From positions 70,438 through 134,437 of IMG/VR virus record IMGVR_UViG_3300028283_000002: DNA of 64,000 nt, one strand, 5' to 3'. Within the stretch, counting starts at the first letter, position 1. Every line of letters starts with the position of its first letter. The position numbers and the translations under genes were made by a program. Origin of the DNA: a virus. Below, in pieces: positions 1 through 10,019 of the stretch. The notes below the pieces were generated by a model. It made no database searches and had not been told where the DNA came from. It was given only the letters and a program-made list of their open reading frames with translations.

Positions 1-892
1 ATACACGAAATGTTATGGTTCTTAGGAGCTTACGATATGGAAAAATATGGACCTTTTGGAAACACCAATATTAGATATTTATTAGATAACGGTGTAACTT
101 TTTGGAGCGAATGGCCTTATTATTCATATCTTAGAGCAAGAGAGTTTCGTCCAGAATTACCAGATATGAATATAAAAGAATTTGAATCTAAAATTATTAT
201 AGATGACGAATTTGCCAAAGAATTTGGATCAATAGGACCAGGTTACGGTAAACAATGGACAAACTATGGTGGTAAGTTGGAACTTAAAAGAGAAGAAAAT
301 AAAAATAATTTCATCATAACTCAAGGATTTAATCAAATAGATAACGTGATCGAATTATTAAAGAAAGATCCAGACTCACGTCGTATGATAGTAGACGCTT
401 GGAAAGTGGACGAGATAGAAGAAATGTTACTTCCACCTTGTCATTATACATTCCAACTATATACAAAAAAAATGAAACCTGAACAGATTTCATGCTTATT
501 CAAGCTGGATAAGTAAAAATAAACTACAATTCGGTAAACCCATGGAAGAATATAATTTCCCAGAAAGAAAATTATCTATGATGTTAACCATTAGAAGCAA
601 CGATTGCGGATTAGGAAACCCTTTTAACGTTGCAGAGTATGCTCTTTTACTTCATATGATTTCACAAGTTGTTAATATGGTTCCTAATAAATTGATAATA
701 AATATAGGAGATGCTCACATATATAATAATCATATAGAACAAATGAAAAAATTATTAGATCGTTCCAGTTATGACCTTCCGACTTTAATATTGAATCAAA
801 ATATAAAAAATATTTATGATTTTAGATATGAAGATATAATGATAGAAAATTATAAATCCCACTCTAATATAAAAATGGACGTTGCAGTTTAA
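1..892 (+). CDS. thyA: Thymidylate synthase, 5'-truncated by window edge and split by a frameshift at about 476-514 (ORFs 10-516 and 542-892)
   Basis: Motifs HEMLWFL, GPGYGKQW, DPDSRRMIV, catalytic LPPCH, RSNDxxLGxPFN, GDAHIYxNH and C-terminal VAV. The second frame is open from 476 and joins the first. Confidence 0.93.
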
Positions 893-928
893 TATTGTAA
901 GGGTACTCTAAATACGACTTTATATTTT

Positions 929-937
929 TAATATATA
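929..937 (+). promoter_or_regulatory. Putative phage late-promoter box TAATATATA (one example of a recurring motif)
   Basis: Same box lies shortly upstream of many starts (9991, 27892, 31036, 34035, 43873, 52860, 55131, 60676, 61060, 62829; minus strand 25909). It resembles the T4 late promoter TATAAATA. Confidence 0.55.
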
Positions 938-955
938 AGAATAAAAAGTCATCTT

Positions 956-1777
956 ATGGAATCTGGAATTTATAAAATAGTTAATATTACAAATAATAAG
1001 TTTTACATAGGTTCTTCTAAAAATTTGAAAAAGAGATGGTGTCAACATAAATCTGATTTAAATAGAAATGCTCATCATAGTTTAATTTTACAAAGAGCTT
1101 GGAGTAAATATGGCGAGAATTCTTTCGAATTCAATATCATCGAGATATGTGAAGAATCGAAATTATTTGAAAAGGAGCAAAAATATATAGACACTTTAAA
1201 GCCAAAATATAACGTGGGGTTACAAGCTTGTGGAGGAGATAACTTAACAAATAATCCCAATAGAGAAGAAATCATTAAAAGAATAGTAATTGGTCTTTAC
1301 TTTAGAAATCAAAATATGACCGATGGTGAAAAAGAGAAAAGGTCTAATAATTTAAAAGGCGATAAAAATCCCAATTTCGGTAATAAATGGACAGAAGAAA
1401 TGAGGAAAAGCATGAGTGATAGGGTTATTGAACACTTTAAAACACACGATCATTATAAAACTGGGAAAAAACATAAAGAAATTTTTGGTGAAGAAAAAGC
1501 AAAAGAGATAAGTGATAAAATATCTAATTTCGCTTCAACCAGAGTTGGTGAGAAAAACGCTTTTTATGGTAAACATCATAGTGAAGAAACAAAAAAGATA
1601 GCACATGATAGAATGATAGGAAAATATTTTGGCGAACAAAATATTAGATTCTCTATAAATGGTAAAGAATATGATAGTTTGGGCATAGCATCAAAAGAAT
1701 TAGATATTCCTATTACCACGATAAGATGGAGAATTAAATCCAACAATGTAAAATTTACAGAATATAAGTATATATAG
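956..1777 (+). CDS. GIY-YIG homing endonuclease with NUMOD3-type repeats
   Basis: SGIYKI...FYIGSS...RW..H..L, E..YI, NPNFG/NAFYGKHHSEETK repeats; free-standing next to thyA. Confidence 0.9.
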   Translation: MESGIYKIVNITNNKFYIGSSKNLKKRWCQHKSDLNRNAHHSLILQRAWSKYGENSFEFNIIEICEESKLFEKEQKYIDTLKPKYNVGLQACGGDNLTNNPNREEIIKRIVIGLYFRNQNMTDGEKEKRSNNLKGDKNPNFGNKWTEEMRKSMSDRVIEHFKTHDHYKTGKKHKEIFGEEKAKEISDKISNFASTRVGEKNAFYGKHHSEETKKIAHDRMIGKYFGEQNIRFSINGKEYDSLGIASKELDIPITTIRWRIKSNNVKFTEYKYI

Positions 1778-1800
1778 ACGTTCAGCTTTATTTGTCCATT

Positions 1801-1828
1801 AAACCACTCTCATGAGAGTGGTTTTTTA
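1801..1828 (+). terminator. Rho-independent terminator
   Basis: AACCACTCTC-AT-GAGAGTGGTT hairpin followed by a T tract. Confidence 0.85.
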
Positions 1829-1853
1829 TTTTTAAATTTTTATATATAGCCAC

Positions 1854-2384
1854 ATGATAAAAGAATTTTCATCTTTCTTAAATGAAACTAGAATCTATGG
1901 TGAACTTGTTCCTGTTAAACATGATGGGTCTAATGTTAAAGTGGGCGATGAAGTTAGACATCAAGACTATGGTGAAGGAGTAGTTAAAAATATTCGTGAA
2001 CAATTTGGTGTTAAAGTAATAAAAGTTCATTTTCTTTATGTTGTACCTGGTGGAGAAACAAGGGAGATAAGAGCTGACACCGAAAGGGATTTTGAAGTGG
2101 TAGAAACTCCAGATTTTATTGAGGTTGAAGGTGATGTTAGAGATTATATTAAACCAGGTGACATTGTACAACACATCACTTATGGTAATTGTATAGTGTT
2201 AAGTGTGCGTCTAACTAGACCTTTAGTGGATCTTAAAGTTATTAGTACAAACGTATCAAGGGAGATAAGAACAGATTTAGGAGTCTTGAAAATAAGGAAT
2301 AGTTCAATGGAAAAACCTAAACAACCAAGAAGAAGAATAAGATGGTATGATCACGGTAAATTGGATAATGAATGGATTACATAA
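1854..2384 (+). CDS. Putative virion internal protein with two tandem Tudor/KOW-like domains and an RWYxxGKL motif
   Basis: N-terminal MIKEFSSFLNE; repeats VKVGDEVRHQDYGEGVV..REIRAD and IKPGDIVQHITYGNCIV..REIRTD. Confidence 0.6.
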   Translation: MIKEFSSFLNETRIYGELVPVKHDGSNVKVGDEVRHQDYGEGVVKNIREQFGVKVIKVHFLYVVPGGETREIRADTERDFEVVETPDFIEVEGDVRDYIKPGDIVQHITYGNCIVLSVRLTRPLVDLKVISTNVSREIRTDLGVLKIRNSSMEKPKQPRRRIRWYDHGKLDNEWIT

Positions 2385-2400
2385 AAAATATATAAATAAC

Positions 2401-2607
2401 ATGGAAAACCTAATTAATTTCAATAAATTCGTAAATGAGGAATATATGTACAGACAATCTGCCGATACTAAGCCCGAAAGACACGGAAAATCGAAACAAT
2501 ATTTTATTTCAGCTTTAGTTAAAAGAGGACATGATAAAAAGAAATTAGATAAAATGTCTATCGCTGAACTTGGCAAATTACACGCCAGCGCAAAAAAAGA
2601 AAAATAA
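2401..2607 (+). CDS. Small basic protein with CTS-like N-terminus (start revised to 2401)
   Basis: MENLINFNKFVNEE follows an AATATATA box. Confidence 0.6.
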   Translation: MENLINFNKFVNEEYMYRQSADTKPERHGKSKQYFISALVKRGHDKKKLDKMSIAELGKLHASAKKEK

Positions 2608-3189
2608 ATGGATAAAATATCCCTCTTACTTGAGAAATCTGATGTGCCAGTCAAGATATTAAATTATCCTGAAGTTCGCCAATCTACCAAAGATAGATGT
2701 GGTATAGACGCCGTTCAAACTGTTCTTCAATATTACGGTGAAGATTATAGAGAAGACGAACTTTTGAGCAGCCTTAGAAATAAAAACACTTATCTATCTG
2801 ATAATATGGAAAGCGCTAGAGTTAATAATGTAGTAAATCTTTTCAAAGAAAAAGAATATAAGATTGATTTTAAACGAATGAACATCAATGATATAATAGG
2901 ATATTTAAATAGAGATATTCCTGTTATTTTATTAATACAGGCTTGGGGTGAAGTAGATGATTACGAAGAAGAATGGAAGAGTGGGCATTACGTTGTGGCT
3001 GTAGGATATACAAAGAATAAAATATTATTTGAGGACCCAGCTACATTTCAAATGACTTATTTAACTTTTGATGAATTAATGGTAAGGTGGCACGACGAGG
3101 ACGAGGACAGAAGATATATTAATTTTGGTATAGCTGTATATGGTAAGCAACCAAAGTTTGATAAAAATAAATGGTTAAAGATTGGTTAA
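2608..3189 (+). CDS. C39-like cysteine peptidase
   Basis: QSTKDRCG (Q..C), GHYVVAVGY and FEDP give a Cys-His-Asp triad. Confidence 0.85.
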   Translation: MDKISLLLEKSDVPVKILNYPEVRQSTKDRCGIDAVQTVLQYYGEDYREDELLSSLRNKNTYLSDNMESARVNNVVNLFKEKEYKIDFKRMNINDIIGYLNRDIPVILLIQAWGEVDDYEEEWKSGHYVVAVGYTKNKILFEDPATFQMTYLTFDELMVRWHDEDEDRRYINFGIAVYGKQPKFDKNKWLKIG

Positions 3190-3739
3190 GAATTACTCGA
3201 CATATATGAATGAAGCAAAGGGTGATCAACTTTTCAAAGAAGGTGAAGTGGCTTATTTTAATGGTGATGATTGGTCTTCAAATATGGGACAGTGTGAAAT
3301 TATTGTGTCTGGATTTAACACTAAAAAGAAGACATGGGAATATAGGATAAAAGTAGGAACTATGACTTTTTGGACAGAAGAGACACACATAAAGCATTTG
3401 GAAAAAGAAGAGCCAGTTAAAACGAAGGCAGCTGTAAGATGGTACAAGGGTGGTAAACTCAGCGCACCAATACCATCAGAAGATGTTCCAGAATATGTTG
3501 ATTTTATAACTAATGATAAATTTAGACAATTCTTGATAGATAATAATGATTATACAAATTATATTGAAAATGTGAAGAGATATTGCGGTAGATTGCCTCA
3601 ATTTATAGAAAGATTTAGTGATAATGATCAAAGAGAACTTATAAATCACGCTTTCACTTGGGACAGAACACCAGAAGATTATAATTATTGGAGCGATTTA
3701 AATCAAAAATGGAAAGAAATATATCAAACATATAGATAA
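3182..3739 (+). CDS. Hypothetical internal protein (CTS-like N-terminus, SH3-like domain, RWYxxGKL motif)
   Basis: MVKNYSTYMNE; FKEGEVAY; VRWYKGGKL; TTG start overlapping the previous gene. Confidence 0.6.
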   Translation: MVKNYSTYMNEAKGDQLFKEGEVAYFNGDDWSSNMGQCEIIVSGFNTKKKTWEYRIKVGTMTFWTEETHIKHLEKEEPVKTKAAVRWYKGGKLSAPIPSEDVPEYVDFITNDKFRQFLIDNNDYTNYIENVKRYCGRLPQFIERFSDNDQRELINHAFTWDRTPEDYNYWSDLNQKWKEIYQTYR

Positions 3740-4804
3740 ATGATAAAAAAATATAACACATATATAAACGAAGGAGTTAAGGATAAACCTAAATTCTTTA
3801 ATATCAAGGACGTTTTTGATAAATTTCCAGGTAGTATTTCGATTGCTGAGAAGGAACTTCAAAATCTTGTAATCGGGGAATTATGTGTTTGGTATGTAGT
3901 TGGTTCCAGTTCGTTGAAAAAACAAGTGGTAAGTGAAGTAGAAATTAGAAAGTTTCATCAAGTATATTTTAACGGTTTTCACGTCAACGCTGATTATAGT
4001 ATAGAAATAGAACAAAAAAGCAAAGAAGACAATTCTTTGAGAACTACAATAGATGATGAAATACAATCATATATAGATAAACTTAAAAATGGTCGACCAA
4101 AGAAACATGAGATAGTTGGTTTTCCAACTGGTGAGGTATTGTATGTTACAAGAGACGAGATGCAAAAATTATTAGATAATGGGCTTGTGAGATATGAGAA
4201 GTGGATGAAATGGAGAGATACAGATTATAAAGACATATATTTTTTTAGAGATCAAGTCTATCATCAAATTAGAAAAGTTTTAGACGATACATATAAAAAA
4301 CCAATAAAATCTAATGTTGAAGAGAAAGACGAATACGATATTGGTGACGTTGTTGTTTGTACTGGTTCTTCTGGTAGATTAGTACTTGAAGATAGAATAG
4401 GTAAAATTGTTGATAAAGTCAAAAAACCAAAAGAACAAGATTATTCTTATCTGGTATCATTTTTAATGAAATTTAGTTTCTATCTTTTAGATGGAAATAA
4501 ATGGTGGATGAAAGAAAATAATATAAAAGGATTATATACTGGTGATATTCAAACTCAAATACAACTAGCCAAACTACAAGATAAAAGACAACCACCACCC
4601 GAAGTTGAAAAATTTATGAGCGATTTTCTAGAAGAACACGAAATAGATGACGATTATCATTTAAAACAACTATTTAAATCTGGCGCAAATAAAGTAGTTA
4701 TAGATCAAGGGAATGATAATATAAAAACAATAGAACCAAAACCTATGTCTATACAATCAGATGATTACGAAGATGAAGAAGAAATGGATCAACAAAATGA
4801 TTAA
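3740..4804 (+). CDS. Hypothetical internal protein (CTS-like N-terminus, KOW/SH3-like domain)
   Basis: MIKKYNTYINE; YDIGDVVVC...IGKIV. Confidence 0.6.
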   Translation: MIKKYNTYINEGVKDKPKFFNIKDVFDKFPGSISIAEKELQNLVIGELCVWYVVGSSSLKKQVVSEVEIRKFHQVYFNGFHVNADYSIEIEQKSKEDNSLRTTIDDEIQSYIDKLKNGRPKKHEIVGFPTGEVLYVTRDEMQKLLDNGLVRYEKWMKWRDTDYKDIYFFRDQVYHQIRKVLDDTYKKPIKSNVEEKDEYDIGDVVVCTGSSGRLVLEDRIGKIVDKVKKPKEQDYSYLVSFLMKFSFYLLDGNKWWMKENNIKGLYTGDIQTQIQLAKLQDKRQPPPEVEKFMSDFLEEHEIDDDYHLKQLFKSGANKVVIDQGNDNIKTIEPKPMSIQSDDYEDEEEMDQQND

Positions 4805-6572
4805 GAAATTTAAAACATATAACGAAGAGTTTTCTTTCGATAAAATCGAGAGCGAGGAGATTGTTATTGATATTAATGACTATGCCGAAGAATACGATAA
4901 TATCTTTAAAGATAAATTCAGATGCGTTAAAGCTGTTGGACCTATTCATCAAGAAGGTGAAATCTTTAATGTGAAAGATTTGTTTAAAGGTACATTTGGA
5001 ATGTGGATAACAAGTAAATCAAGATACGATGTGACTGAAAAATTTAAAATTATAAAAGGTTTCGATTGTGATATAGAATTCCTACAATTGAAAAAAGGTA
5101 ATTATATTATGATTTGGCCGGGTAAACAACAAAGAATAAATGACGCTGATCCAAATTACGAACCTTATCCAGGAGCACCAAAGAGAAAAGCGAGAATGAA
5201 AGGATCAAAAGAAAATTCTTTAAAAAGATTATCTAGAATATTTAGTGAACATAATAAAATTTTTATTCCAGCCAATAGAGTTGTAATGTACAATTTAGTG
5301 GAATATTTAAGAGACGCCCAAGAGAAACTTATAGGCGGTTATTTTTGGGAAACATCATCAGGCACTGTTGTAAGAGGAACTACCGATAAAAGATATACAG
5401 GTAAACAAGAAGAAATAGTTATCACAAGACCTAGATACATATACACAAACGGTGATCATTTAATATTAAAAAGCCAAAAAGTAGGAGGAACAGTTTGGGA
5501 CAGAGAAAAAGAAACTTATTTAGATATAAATAAACCCATCTACGGTAAAATGGTACATTGGATTGATCCAGAACTAGATCCATACGGTGAGGAGGAATGG
5601 GACGATGAAGTTAGAGAAATCACTGAAATCCGAAGTTTTGATAAATTTATACCAACAGGTAAATCTATTTCCAGTAATGAGATAGAAGATATGATAGAAA
5701 AAAGAGACGTAAGAGTTCTTAATGAAGATTATATAGGACGGGTAATGGTTTCAGATTTACCAAATTATTACATACATATAACTAATTGGATAATTAATAA
5801 TGATGGAAGACAGCGGTATAAAGGATTAAGATTTTATTACGATAATTACTACGATCCAAATGGAAAACATTATCAATTTACAACTGAAAGGGTTTACTAT
5901 TTCAAATCTAACATTACAATTACCACTTATAAAGAAATTGATCCTATGATAATTATAGATGAAAGAGATCCATATGGAGAAGAAGATTGGCGTGAATACG
6001 TGATAAGTGAACAATTTAATGAAGAATACACTCCTCCTAAACCAAAACTTGTTTTAGATAGAACACTTAATTTTAGTGATTTTCTTAGATTTGATCTTCT
6101 CGGACTTAAAAAGTTAAATCTTGTTAGAGATTTTATGTTAGAACAAATTGTTATTATTAAACAGGGGCATAATAACGCTAGAACAAAAGGTAGGGTATAT
6201 CACATTAAACCAATTAAAATAGATGGCGATCAATATTACGAGATTAAAATGACTACAAAACAAGGGGATAAATCAATTATTATTGGTGACGCTGATAAAT
6301 TTAAAGTTAAACCTCCTAAACAAATTAAATATAAAATAGATCCATGCGGTGAAGAAGATTGGGAATTATTGGGGGATGACGTTCCGGATGTTAAATCAAA
6401 AGTCATTAAGGGTAAAGGAAAAATCAAGAATAATGGGTATTTCAGCCACACCTTTCCGGTCAAAAAAGATTTTTATAAAATTTTAAAAGATATTCGACAT
6501 CAAGCGATTCAAAAAGAAGATTTTGAAAAGTTTTTAAAAGAAAAACGAAAAAAGGAAAACGAAGAAGATTAG
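4797..6572 (+). CDS. Modular protein with CTS-like N-terminus and three DP(Y/C)GEExW tags (start revised to 4797)
   Basis: MIKKFKTYNEE; tags at 5577, 5967 and 6339. Confidence 0.7.
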   Translation: MIKKFKTYNEEFSFDKIESEEIVIDINDYAEEYDNIFKDKFRCVKAVGPIHQEGEIFNVKDLFKGTFGMWITSKSRYDVTEKFKIIKGFDCDIEFLQLKKGNYIMIWPGKQQRINDADPNYEPYPGAPKRKARMKGSKENSLKRLSRIFSEHNKIFIPANRVVMYNLVEYLRDAQEKLIGGYFWETSSGTVVRGTTDKRYTGKQEEIVITRPRYIYTNGDHLILKSQKVGGTVWDREKETYLDINKPIYGKMVHWIDPELDPYGEEEWDDEVREITEIRSFDKFIPTGKSISSNEIEDMIEKRDVRVLNEDYIGRVMVSDLPNYYIHITNWIINNDGRQRYKGLRFYYDNYYDPNGKHYQFTTERVYYFKSNITITTYKEIDPMIIIDERDPYGEEDWREYVISEQFNEEYTPPKPKLVLDRTLNFSDFLRFDLLGLKKLNLVRDFMLEQIVIIKQGHNNARTKGRVYHIKPIKIDGDQYYEIKMTTKQGDKSIIIGDADKFKVKPPKQIKYKIDPCGEEDWELLGDDVPDVKSKVIKGKGKIKNNGYFSHTFPVKKDFYKILKDIRHQAIQKEDFEKFLKEKRKKENEED

Positions 6573-6622
6573 ATATTGGATAAAAACCAGAAAAGAATCG
6601 AATTATAATAAATATAATCCAA

Positions 6623-7444
6623 ATGAACTCAATTATTAAAATAAACGGTAGAGAACTAAAACCCTATATTTGGAATCTATACAATGGTCATAAAACCAAC
6701 GATATAGATTACTATTATAGTAGAATGATGGAAGCTGAACTTAAAACAGAAGAATTAGGTAAAATTGGCGAACTTCCTATATTTCTTGTTCAAAACGATC
6801 ACGTTATAGGTCAACCTAATATTCTTATTATGGGCGGAGTCCACGGCGAGGAATCTGCCGGTTCTTGGGGCATATTGAATACGATGATGAAATTGAAGTT
6901 GATGAAAATTCACGCTAATGTTTCTTTCATTCCTATTATGAACCCTTACGGATTTAGTAAAGGCATAAGATTTAACGAACAACTAAAATCTGTTAATAGT
7001 GGTTATTTTAGGACAAAATCTGGCAAACCAGAACTAACAGAAGAAGGTAAGATTTTAAATAAAAATTTTGTTAGATTAACAGAATTAGCAAGAAACGGAT
7101 TCCTGTCTTGCCACGAAGATACAGATGAAAATCATTTCTTTATCTACGAAATTATACACGACGCTAAACCAGATTTCTTTTGCACTGAACTTCAGAACAT
7201 TGGAATTAGATATTTCGGTAAACGTCCAGACGGTCCTTCTTATCAAGGAACAACAAAAGACGGCGTTGTGATGAACGAAAAAGACGGCACAATAGATGAT
7301 TATTTATTTACAATAGGTGGTATTCATAGAGCTATTACTACTGAAACACCAGGACACGAAGATATAAACAAAAGAGTATTTGTTTACGAACAATTAATAA
7401 CTAAATTTATAGAATTAAATAACGCTGGAAATTTTTGGAGATAA
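6623..7444 (+). CDS. M14-family zinc carboxypeptidase / AstE-AspA-like amidohydrolase
   Basis: GGVHGEE (HxxE), NPYG..R.N, LSCHED, TETP. Confidence 0.85.
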   Translation: MNSIIKINGRELKPYIWNLYNGHKTNDIDYYYSRMMEAELKTEELGKIGELPIFLVQNDHVIGQPNILIMGGVHGEESAGSWGILNTMMKLKLMKIHANVSFIPIMNPYGFSKGIRFNEQLKSVNSGYFRTKSGKPELTEEGKILNKNFVRLTELARNGFLSCHEDTDENHFFIYEIIHDAKPDFFCTELQNIGIRYFGKRPDGPSYQGTTKDGVVMNEKDGTIDDYLFTIGGIHRAITTETPGHEDINKRVFVYEQLITKFIELNNAGNFWR

Positions 7445-7786
7445 TTAATTAAGACTCCTTCTATATCTTCTTTCTTGATTCATTATACCAACATTCACTA
7501 AATCAACTATTTCCTCACCCCTTTTCTTTTTATTTTTAATCTCCTCTTTATATTCATCTGGATCGAGTCTATCTTTAACAAGGGTCATGTATTCGAAATC
7601 AGAAATTTTACTTATATCGTTTGTGTGGCAAAACTTACAGTTTGTGGCTTCGTCATTAAATGTTTTAAACAAAGCGTTACATTTATTGCATTTGTAATAA
7701 GCTGTGAGATCTTCTTTTGATGTTACTAATGGAGCAGCTCCAATTTGCTCTGCTTCAAAAGTTTTAAAATCCATTATGTTTCTCAT
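7445..7786 (-). CDS. Zinc-ribbon protein with CTS-like N-terminus
   Basis: CNKC...CKFC; MRNIMDFKTFE. Confidence 0.65.
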   Translation of the reverse strand: MRNIMDFKTFEAEQIGAAPLVTSKEDLTAYYKCNKCNALFKTFNDEATNCKFCHTNDISKISDFEYMTLVKDRLDPDEYKEEIKNKKKRGEEIVDLVNVGIMNQERRYRRSLN

Positions 7787-7829
7787 CGACGATATATTTT
7801 TTAACTATATATCGTTTTAGAAAAATGAA

Positions 7830-7973
7830 TTATTTAGATTCGAGTATTATTTTAAGATCGTTAACAGCTTCTTCCCATTTTTGATTTTGTACTGCTTTCC
7901 ATTTCAAATTCCTGGATTCATTCATTAAGAACCTTGCGTTCTCAAGTTGTTTAATCAATTCTAAATCTTCCAT
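7830..7973 (-). CDS. Small 47-aa protein, UVR-like helical hairpin (not in the ORF track)
   Basis: MEDLELIKQLENARFLMNESRNLKWKAVQNQKWEEAVNDLKIILESK; K.AV..Q.WEEA pattern. Confidence 0.45.
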   Translation of the reverse strand: MEDLELIKQLENARFLMNESRNLKWKAVQNQKWEEAVNDLKIILESK

Positions 7974-7987
7974 ATATTCTTTTATTT

Positions 7988-8407
7988 TTATATATTATTA
8001 AAGACGTCGTCTGATAGAGGGAAACTAACAAAACCTTTGGTTAATTTAGGATCAATGGGTTTGCCTTCTTCGAATTGTTTATTAACAGTTTCGTGTCTAT
8101 TAATCATTTCTTGTACTGTTTCTTCGTCAAAAAGTGGAAGAAATCTTTTAATTTCTTCTTCAACTTCATCTAATTCTTCTTGTGTCCAATTGTGGGGTTG
8201 AACCCATTCTATATTTAAATCGTAAACAGAATGTTCGTCACCAAGATTAACGTGGAAACATTGACCAAGATTTAAATGATCTTTATCAATCATATCCAGT
8301 GGAAGATCCATTGTATAATTTAAACCGTAATCTTCTTTCTTTAATCTAACAGTTACTAGATCAAGTTTTTCTTCTATACTTTCAATAAAACCAAAATATC
8401 TATTCAT
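7988..8407 (-). CDS. Hypothetical protein
   Basis: 139-aa ORF overlapping the upstream phosphoesterase gene. Confidence 0.65.
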   Translation of the reverse strand: MNRYFGFIESIEEKLDLVTVRLKKEDYGLNYTMDLPLDMIDKDHLNLGQCFHVNLGDEHSVYDLNIEWVQPHNWTQEELDEVEEEIKRFLPLFDEETVQEMINRHETVNKQFEEGKPIDPKLTKGFVSFPLSDDVFNNI

Positions 8408-8945
8408 TTCTTTGCCTTTCTATATATTCAATTATTTGTACTATTGATAATGGTACGTAACCAACGTTGTCTACTCCAACGTCAATAACACCTGGTGCGT
8501 GAAAGTATTCACCGTGATGTTCGTAGATTCCGTGAACGTGTCCGTGAAGACAAATTATATCAGAACCTTTTGCTGGGTAATGTGGATAATGACTCATGGA
8601 AAAATTATAAGTTTTACCGTTGTGTTGGTAAGACATTTCGTGTGAGTAATCCCACCATTGAATTAAACCTGAGTTTTTGTAGTTGTTAAGCATGTATGTT
8701 CTATCATGATTACCTTTAATCATGTATTTAATGCCGTTTAGTTTACATAAAAGATTCCTAGCGAATCTCTTAGACATAGTAAGACTAAAATCACCAAGAT
8801 AGTAAACCTCGTCTTCGGGTTTAATAACTTTGTTCCAAGATTCTGTCATGTGTTTGTTCATCGAATGAACATCACCAAATTGTCTGTTACAGAATCCAAT
8901 AATATTGCGATGCCCAAAATGGTGATCTGATGATACATATATCAT
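8400..8945 (-). CDS. Calcineurin-like metallophosphoesterase
   Basis: SDHHFGH, LGDF, GNHD, SHYP, HGHVH, DVGVD. Confidence 0.92.
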   Translation of the reverse strand: MIYVSSDHHFGHRNIIGFCNRQFGDVHSMNKHMTESWNKVIKPEDEVYYLGDFSLTMSKRFARNLLCKLNGIKYMIKGNHDRTYMLNNYKNSGLIQWWDYSHEMSYQHNGKTYNFSMSHYPHYPAKGSDIICLHGHVHGIYEHHGEYFHAPGVIDVGVDNVGYVPLSIVQIIEYIERQRNE

Positions 8946-8993
8946 ATTTTGTATATCTGTTGTAAAAATATCATATTTTTATTTTAATATATA

Positions 8994-9001
8994 CAAATAT
9001 A
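8994..9001 (-). promoter_or_regulatory. Bacteroidota-type -7 promoter element TATATTTG
   Basis: Matches TAnnTTTG; the 15-bp context ATACAAATATAATAA is repeated at 20429-20443. Confidence 0.5.
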
Positions 9002-9037
9002 ATAAATAATATTTAAATAAAAAAAAATAAAATAAAT

Positions 9038-9979
9038 ATGGCTGGTATAAAATGGACCGAGGATGAAGATAATTTTTTAAAGGAAAATTATGAAAAATTG
9101 AATAAAGACGATTTATTAACTAAATTGATTAACAGAACTTGGGATGCTATCAAATTAAGAGCTGAAAAGTTCAAGATTAAAAGATATAATAATGAAAGAA
9201 GATTCATTGATCTTGACGTTTTATTAAAAGATACAAATGAGTCATATTACTGGATTGGTTTTATTATGGCTGATGGTCATATACACAATAATAAAAGATT
9301 GAAGATTTGTCTATCCATTAAAGACGAAGAACATTTGATAAAATTTAAAAATTTTATCAAATATGAAGGTGAATTAGCTTATGGGAACAACAACAATCGT
9401 GATAATACCACTATTAGTGTAATGGATACTAAATACATAAAAAAATTATGCCAAAAATTCGATATAAAACACAATAAAACGTATAATCAATGTAATATTC
9501 ATAAAATTAAAAAAAATAATTTATTATTAAGTCTAATAGTTGGATTCATAGACGGTGATGGTTCTATTAGAAATTCGAAAAATAGAAAAGATTTTTTTCT
9601 AACTATTAAATGTCATAAAAGTTGGTCAAATAATTTAGATTATATATTAAAATCGATAATTAGAATAACTGGTAAAAATTGTAATACATCAGTAAAATTA
9701 ACAAATTGTAAAAGATATTCATATATTCATATGGGGAATTCTGTTGTCCTTAAAAAATTGAAACATGAAATGTTGAAGTTAAATGTTCCATATATGAAAA
9801 GAAAATGGGATATTATAAATATGGATTTTGAAAGTAAATATGAAACTAAGAGAAAACATTTAGAACAATATATTGGTATTATTAATAACGATCCACACAT
9901 GAAAATAAAGAACATCGCAAAATTGATAGGTTTATCAGAAGGAGCCATTTATAAATATAAGAGAGAATTAAAAAAGTAG
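9038..9979 (+). CDS. LAGLIDADG homing endonuclease with Myb-like N-terminus and C-terminal HTH
   Basis: YWIGFIMADG and IVGFIDGDG; WTEDEDNFLKENY; IAKLIGLSEGAIYKY. Confidence 0.88.
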   Translation: MAGIKWTEDEDNFLKENYEKLNKDDLLTKLINRTWDAIKLRAEKFKIKRYNNERRFIDLDVLLKDTNESYYWIGFIMADGHIHNNKRLKICLSIKDEEHLIKFKNFIKYEGELAYGNNNNRDNTTISVMDTKYIKKLCQKFDIKHNKTYNQCNIHKIKKNNLLLSLIVGFIDGDGSIRNSKNRKDFFLTIKCHKSWSNNLDYILKSIIRITGKNCNTSVKLTNCKRYSYIHMGNSVVLKKLKHEMLKLNVPYMKRKWDIINMDFESKYETKRKHLEQYIGIINNDPHMKIKNIAKLIGLSEGAIYKYKRELKK

Positions 9980-10019
9980 TTCATTTAATTTAATATATAG
10001 TAAAAAAGAATCAGTCAAT

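Noticed and set aside
476-542. Group I intron or programmed frameshift in thyA
   Set aside because: The two frames overlap with no intervening sequence, and the A8 run lies before a stop in the second frame. An indel error is the simpler explanation.
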